Shown: positions 60,777 to 64,000 of the stretch, piece by piece | Layout: each line of letters starts with the position of its first letter | Numbering within the stretch: position 1 is the stretch's first letter | Origin: Alphaproteobacteria bacterium | Lineage (GTDB): Bacteria; Pseudomonadota; Alphaproteobacteria; MPNO01; UBA830 | Assembly (NCBI GenBank): GCA_965243135.1 | Contig: OZ251539.1 | Location: 3,648,001-3,712,000 of the forward strand | Reading direction: 5' to 3' | DNA length: 64,000 nt | Program-made: the position numbers and the translations under genes | The notes under the pieces: generated by a model | Databases searched by the model: none | The model's input: only the letters and a program-made list of their open reading frames with translations | Told to the model about the DNA's origin: nothing

Positions 60777-62376
60777 TTTGCTGTGTAACTAACCCCGAGC
60801 TGCCGGCCACACGAAGCCGTTCCGCAAATCGAAGATTTTTTTCGCGGCGGCGCTTGCCGTTCGGAGGTCTTGCGGCGCTGAGGGCTGCCTCGTAACGCCC
60901 TGTCTTCACACCGCGCTGCCTGGACCCGGAACGGCTATGTCGCGGCGCTCAGGCCGCCTGTCGTGCTCGTGCCCGCCGTGGCCGCCGCACCGCCCGTTGC
61001 GGCATGCGCCTTCGTCGTCCTGCGACGTTGTACGTTTCGAGCATGCGGATCCAACGAGGAGCATTGCGCCTCACCGCCTCGTAGTCGGTCTCAGGATCCC
61101 GGTAAGGCTTGCCGGTCCGAAGGACGCAGTAGACCACGCAAAGCAGTTTGTGCGCATTGGCGACGATGGCGCGTTCCGCAGCGGGGCACCTTATGGTAGC
61201 CTTGGAATTGACAGTTGTCGGTTCGTGCGGCACCGTGCGCACACTCGATCAACACCCTGCGCAGCGTTGCCTTTGCGGCTTCGCCCGCTGCGTCGCTTGC
61301 CTGCGCTTTTGTCGTTGCCGGGGCACACGCCGGACTAGGCGGCGCAGCGGACGGCGGAACCGAACACGCCGAGGTCGGGGCCAAGGGCGGAGGCCGACTC
61401 CTTGTCGATCCCGGGGATCGTCTGCAAGAGAAGAAGTTGCTTCTCGAAGCCGTCGAGGCCTTCCCGAATGAGTTTGTCGTAGTGCGCGATCTTCTGCTCG
61501 CATGGCCGTGGCAGCAGGTCGCCTTGCCGGCTGTACGGGTCGAGGTCGCAGGCGAGGGCTTCGCGTATCGCGCTTGTTGGCGACATGACGGGAAAGAGAC
61601 GCGACGATTTTCTCCCGCGACTCTCCGTCGATTATACCAAATGTACTATTAAGTGACCTGTATAACAAATGACTGTACTCGTTTATGTGCAACGAGAATG
61701 GGCTGCTGCAACCCCCGCAAAAACAAGTCATTTAATTGTGGGATTGGTATTGCTCCGTGAAGAATGCGCATCCCGGTGACGCCGAACACGTCCGAGAGCA
61801 CTCCGCCGATGCCGCCGCGGTCCAAAATCTTGTGGACACGGTTGCGCAACCGAGCGCAGCCATCCGCCGGGCGGCTCAGCACGCGCAGACGCCGGAACTC
61901 GCGCGGCAGGACCAGACTCGGAGCCGCCAGACCGAATTTGCAGGCCAGCCACCTGCTGTCGGCGACTTTTCCGGCCCCTGCTTGACGTGCTGCCCATGCA
62001 ACAGGTCGACGCCGGCGTCTTTCAGCGCGGAAGTTCCCAGGCCGGTCGCCTCCGCGGCGGTCACGCCATGGCCGAGCAGCCACGCCACGAGATCGCGCAT
62101 TCGGCTCTCCAGGATGCTGAAAGCCTCGGTCTCGGAATCGCCACCCTCCGGCGAACACAATCGCACCGTCGCAGTGATCTCCATCTTGTGAACGTCCAGA
62201 CCCGCTGCGCGCGGGTGGACAACGTGCATCTTGTCAGTTAGCATCGACGCTTCCATGTGAGAGTTGGCGGGTGCGGGGGACCTTCGGAACGAAAGTCACG
62301 TGCCGGTTCAGCCATTTTGTTGTACGTCCACAGCGCGGAGCCGGGAACAATACGGGGCTTGAGGCCGTTGGCACAG
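60777..62376 (-). mobile_element. Decayed IS110-family element (transposase about 60949-62256)
   Basis: AAGLDVHKMEITA (RuvC-like DEDD N-terminus), EATG, RNRVHKILD, LLQTIPGI, LRRVLIECAHGA, KRAIVA.AHKL-like tail; frameshifted. Confidence 0.88.
61634..61750. mobile_element. 117-bp MITE-like insert within the IS110 transposase
   Basis: Imperfect 24-bp terminal inverted repeats ATACCAAATGTACTATTAAGTGAC / ATACCAATCCCACAATTAAATGAC; AT-rich. Confidence 0.7.
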
Positions 62377-62540
62377 TTTGCTGTGTAACTACCCCGAACT
62401 GCCGGCCGCACAGAACCGTTCCGCGAATCGAAGATTTTTTCGCGGCGGCACTGGCCGTTCGAGAGGAGCGTGACGCTGAGGGCAGCCCCGTATAGCCCTG
62501 TTTTCGCGCCGCGACGCCCGAACCCGGAACGGTTATGTCG
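62377..62540. repeat. About 165-bp imperfect direct repeat of 60777-60942 (second IS110 downstream end)
   Basis: TTTGCTGTGTAACT...GAAGATTTTTT...CCCGGAACGG.TATGTCG at both sites. Confidence 0.9.
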
Positions 62541-62573
62541 GCGCATGATAGCGGCGCGACGCCAGCAAAACCA

Positions 62574-62749
62574 CCAGTTACATGCTACGGGGCGAGCAGG
62601 CGCCGATCATGAGCGTTTGTCTTCGGGAAACCAGCGTTCACCGCAAAAAAATCGTCCACATACCCGCTCAATAGCCCAACCAGCGGGCAGGACGCAGAGC
62701 CAGTTACATGCTACGGGGCGAGCAGGCGCCGGCCATGTGCGTTTGTCTT
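62574..62749. repeat. Two 50-bp direct repeats (62574-62623, 62700-62749)
   Basis: CCAGTTACATGCTACGGGGCGAGCAGGCGCCG..CATG.GCGTTTGTCTT, 3 mismatches. Confidence 0.9.
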
Positions 62750-63008
62750 GGCGTTCAGGGAGCGCGCAACTCTTGTGGCCTGCCTGATGGCTACCGGAGC
62801 GAGCCGCAGGATGCCGTGTGGACAGCGGCCGTCAAGAATGGCACAGCGCAACCGCCTTCTGGAGAGGGAGGTGCATCTGGACAGTATATGGCCTATATGT
62901 TACTTAATGGCATGTAGTATGCTATTCTTCTGCGGAGTACGGTCCATGCTGCGCCGAGGTACGGTATTGAGTGGTATCGGGAAATCATCAGAATTCGGGG
63001 AGTACGCT

Positions 63009-63263
63009 ATGCATCGGATTGCCGCACGTTCGCCGGGTAGCCCCGCATCCAGGGTGGTGCGACGGACGCTACTGAGCATGTTTCGTGGGGAACGCGCCTT
63101 CCTGCCCGCCGCGCTGAGGACCATAAGCAGCGCCGGCGATTGCTACGCGCCAGCCCGTCCGCTCCGGTACCCGCAGGACGCCAGCCACCGGGACCTGATA
63201 CGCATCGGCAAGGACATGTACAAGGCGATGGGACAGTATTCGGTAGAAAAGAATGGAGCATAA
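63009..63263 (+). CDS. Small hypothetical protein overlapping the DUF2335 gene
   Basis: GGGGAG RBS; C-terminal DLIRIGKDMYKAM helix; overlaps the next start. Confidence 0.55.
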   Translation: MHRIAARSPGSPASRVVRRTLLSMFRGERAFLPAALRTISSAGDCYAPARPLRYPQDASHRDLIRIGKDMYKAMGQYSVEKNGA

Positions 63264-63675
63264 CAAGAAAGAGCAGGGTGAAGAGTCTCCGAGCCCGGCA
63301 TCCAATCTGCCTCCCAAGGAGATTCTCGACAATCTTCCAGAACATGTTCGTGTCTCGATCGTCGAGGCAGCGTCGTTTTCCGGCCCCCTTCCACCGCCAA
63401 CGATGTACCGGGAGTACGAGAGCGCGCTGCCTGGAAGCGCGGAACGCATTCTCGCCATGGTAGAAAAGGAGCAGAAGCACCGCATCATGTGGGAAACGAC
63501 TGCACTGAACGCCTCTGGACAGGAAACAAAGAGAGGACAGTGGCTCGGCTTTGCCATAGCGATGGCTTGCCTCGGTGCGGCGATATTTCTTGCCGTAAGC
63601 GGACACGAAGTGGTAGCGTGCATCGCATTGGGTGCCGGTGCCGTAGGTCTCGTTGGTCGTTTCCTAGGGAAGTGA
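63253..63675 (+). CDS. DUF2335 predicted membrane protein
   Basis: FSGPLPPP..YE..LPGSAERILAM.EKEQKHR followed by two TM segments. Confidence 0.85.
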   Translation: MEHNKKEQGEESPSPASNLPPKEILDNLPEHVRVSIVEAASFSGPLPPPTMYREYESALPGSAERILAMVEKEQKHRIMWETTALNASGQETKRGQWLGFAIAMACLGAAIFLAVSGHEVVACIALGAGAVGLVGRFLGK

Positions 63676-63751
63676 ATAGTGGAGTGCACGATGCGAGAAT
63701 GTTGGCGGTACACCAGCGCGACGGGCATCATGTGAGCCGGAAAGATAACGG

Positions 63752-63802
63752 ATTCGTAATGCGTGGGTCGGGGGTTCGAGTCCTTCCATCGGCACCATAA
63801 GC
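63752..63802 (+). repeat. att-like duplicate of the tRNA-Thr 3' part
   Basis: 51 bp matching 59943-59993 with one mismatch. Confidence 0.93.
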
Positions 63803-64000
63803 GATGAGGACAAAGTTGATTTGGTGCAGAGCGCTAATCTCACTTTTTTGGAAGCCTGTCAGCTTAGTCTCGATTCTCGGGACGAAATCGATCATCGCCC
63901 GATTACAGATTTTAGCGCATATTCGATGAATGGAACCTCAGAAATTGATTTATCGCTGCAGGGAATTGTCGCGAGCGTCGGAGAATAATCATTCATCATA

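Larger units (their letters stand above)
59994..63751. mobile_element. Integrase-less genomic islet at tRNA-Thr
   Basis: Bounded by a 51-bp direct repeat of the tRNA 3' part (59943-59993 and 63752-63802). Confidence 0.8.

Noticed and set aside
62574-62749. CRISPR array
   Set aside because: Only two units, the spacer is too long, and there are no cas genes in the window.
63752-63797. Second tRNA-Thr gene
   Set aside because: Lacks the 5' acceptor strand and D-arm; it is an att-like repeat.
63803-64000. Gene starting at the window end
   Set aside because: An open frame exists but has no clear start, RBS or recognisable motif within the window.

Overview
GC-rich alphaproteobacterial chromosome segment (Rhodospirillales-like gene order, inferred). 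The backbone is housekeeping genes: lptA-lptB-rpoN-hpf-ptsN, asd, fdhD, mobA, ubiA, sdhCDAB-zapE, a CapD-like dehydratase, MFS-purH, rsmB-rpe-heparinase, a nucleotide-sugar dehydrogenase, acs, gpsA, tsaD, hemC-hemD-hemY and tRNA-Thr(CGT). Accessory DNA repeatedly interrupts it. The most striking feature is a family of four paralogous AAA-ATPase-like + PD-(D/E)XK nuclease genes plus one relic. They share a leaderless sigma70-type promoter, a conserved motif found both before the gene and before the next host promoter, an 11-7-11 palindrome in the leader (three copies) and a block-mosaic protein sequence. Two of the three loci split normally adjacent host genes. Two decayed defence-like islets (about 10.4-14.7 kb and 29.8-37.8 kb) carry a DUF262+HEPN pair, an orphan PD-(D/E)XK nuclease, an A-tract-frameshifted P-loop ATPase, a UDG-fold protein, an XRE/IrrE regulator with a truncated PIN gene, and IS1634, IS66, IS1202-like, ISKra4 and IS30 relics. 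An Rpn gene and a cupin/hydrolase/2OG-oxygenase operon sit between tsaD and gpsA. A 3.8-kb integrase-less islet at tRNA-Thr holds a decayed IS110 with an apparent right-end/left-end junction, a MITE and a DUF2335 pair. All family calls come from motif recognition by eye; no searches were run.
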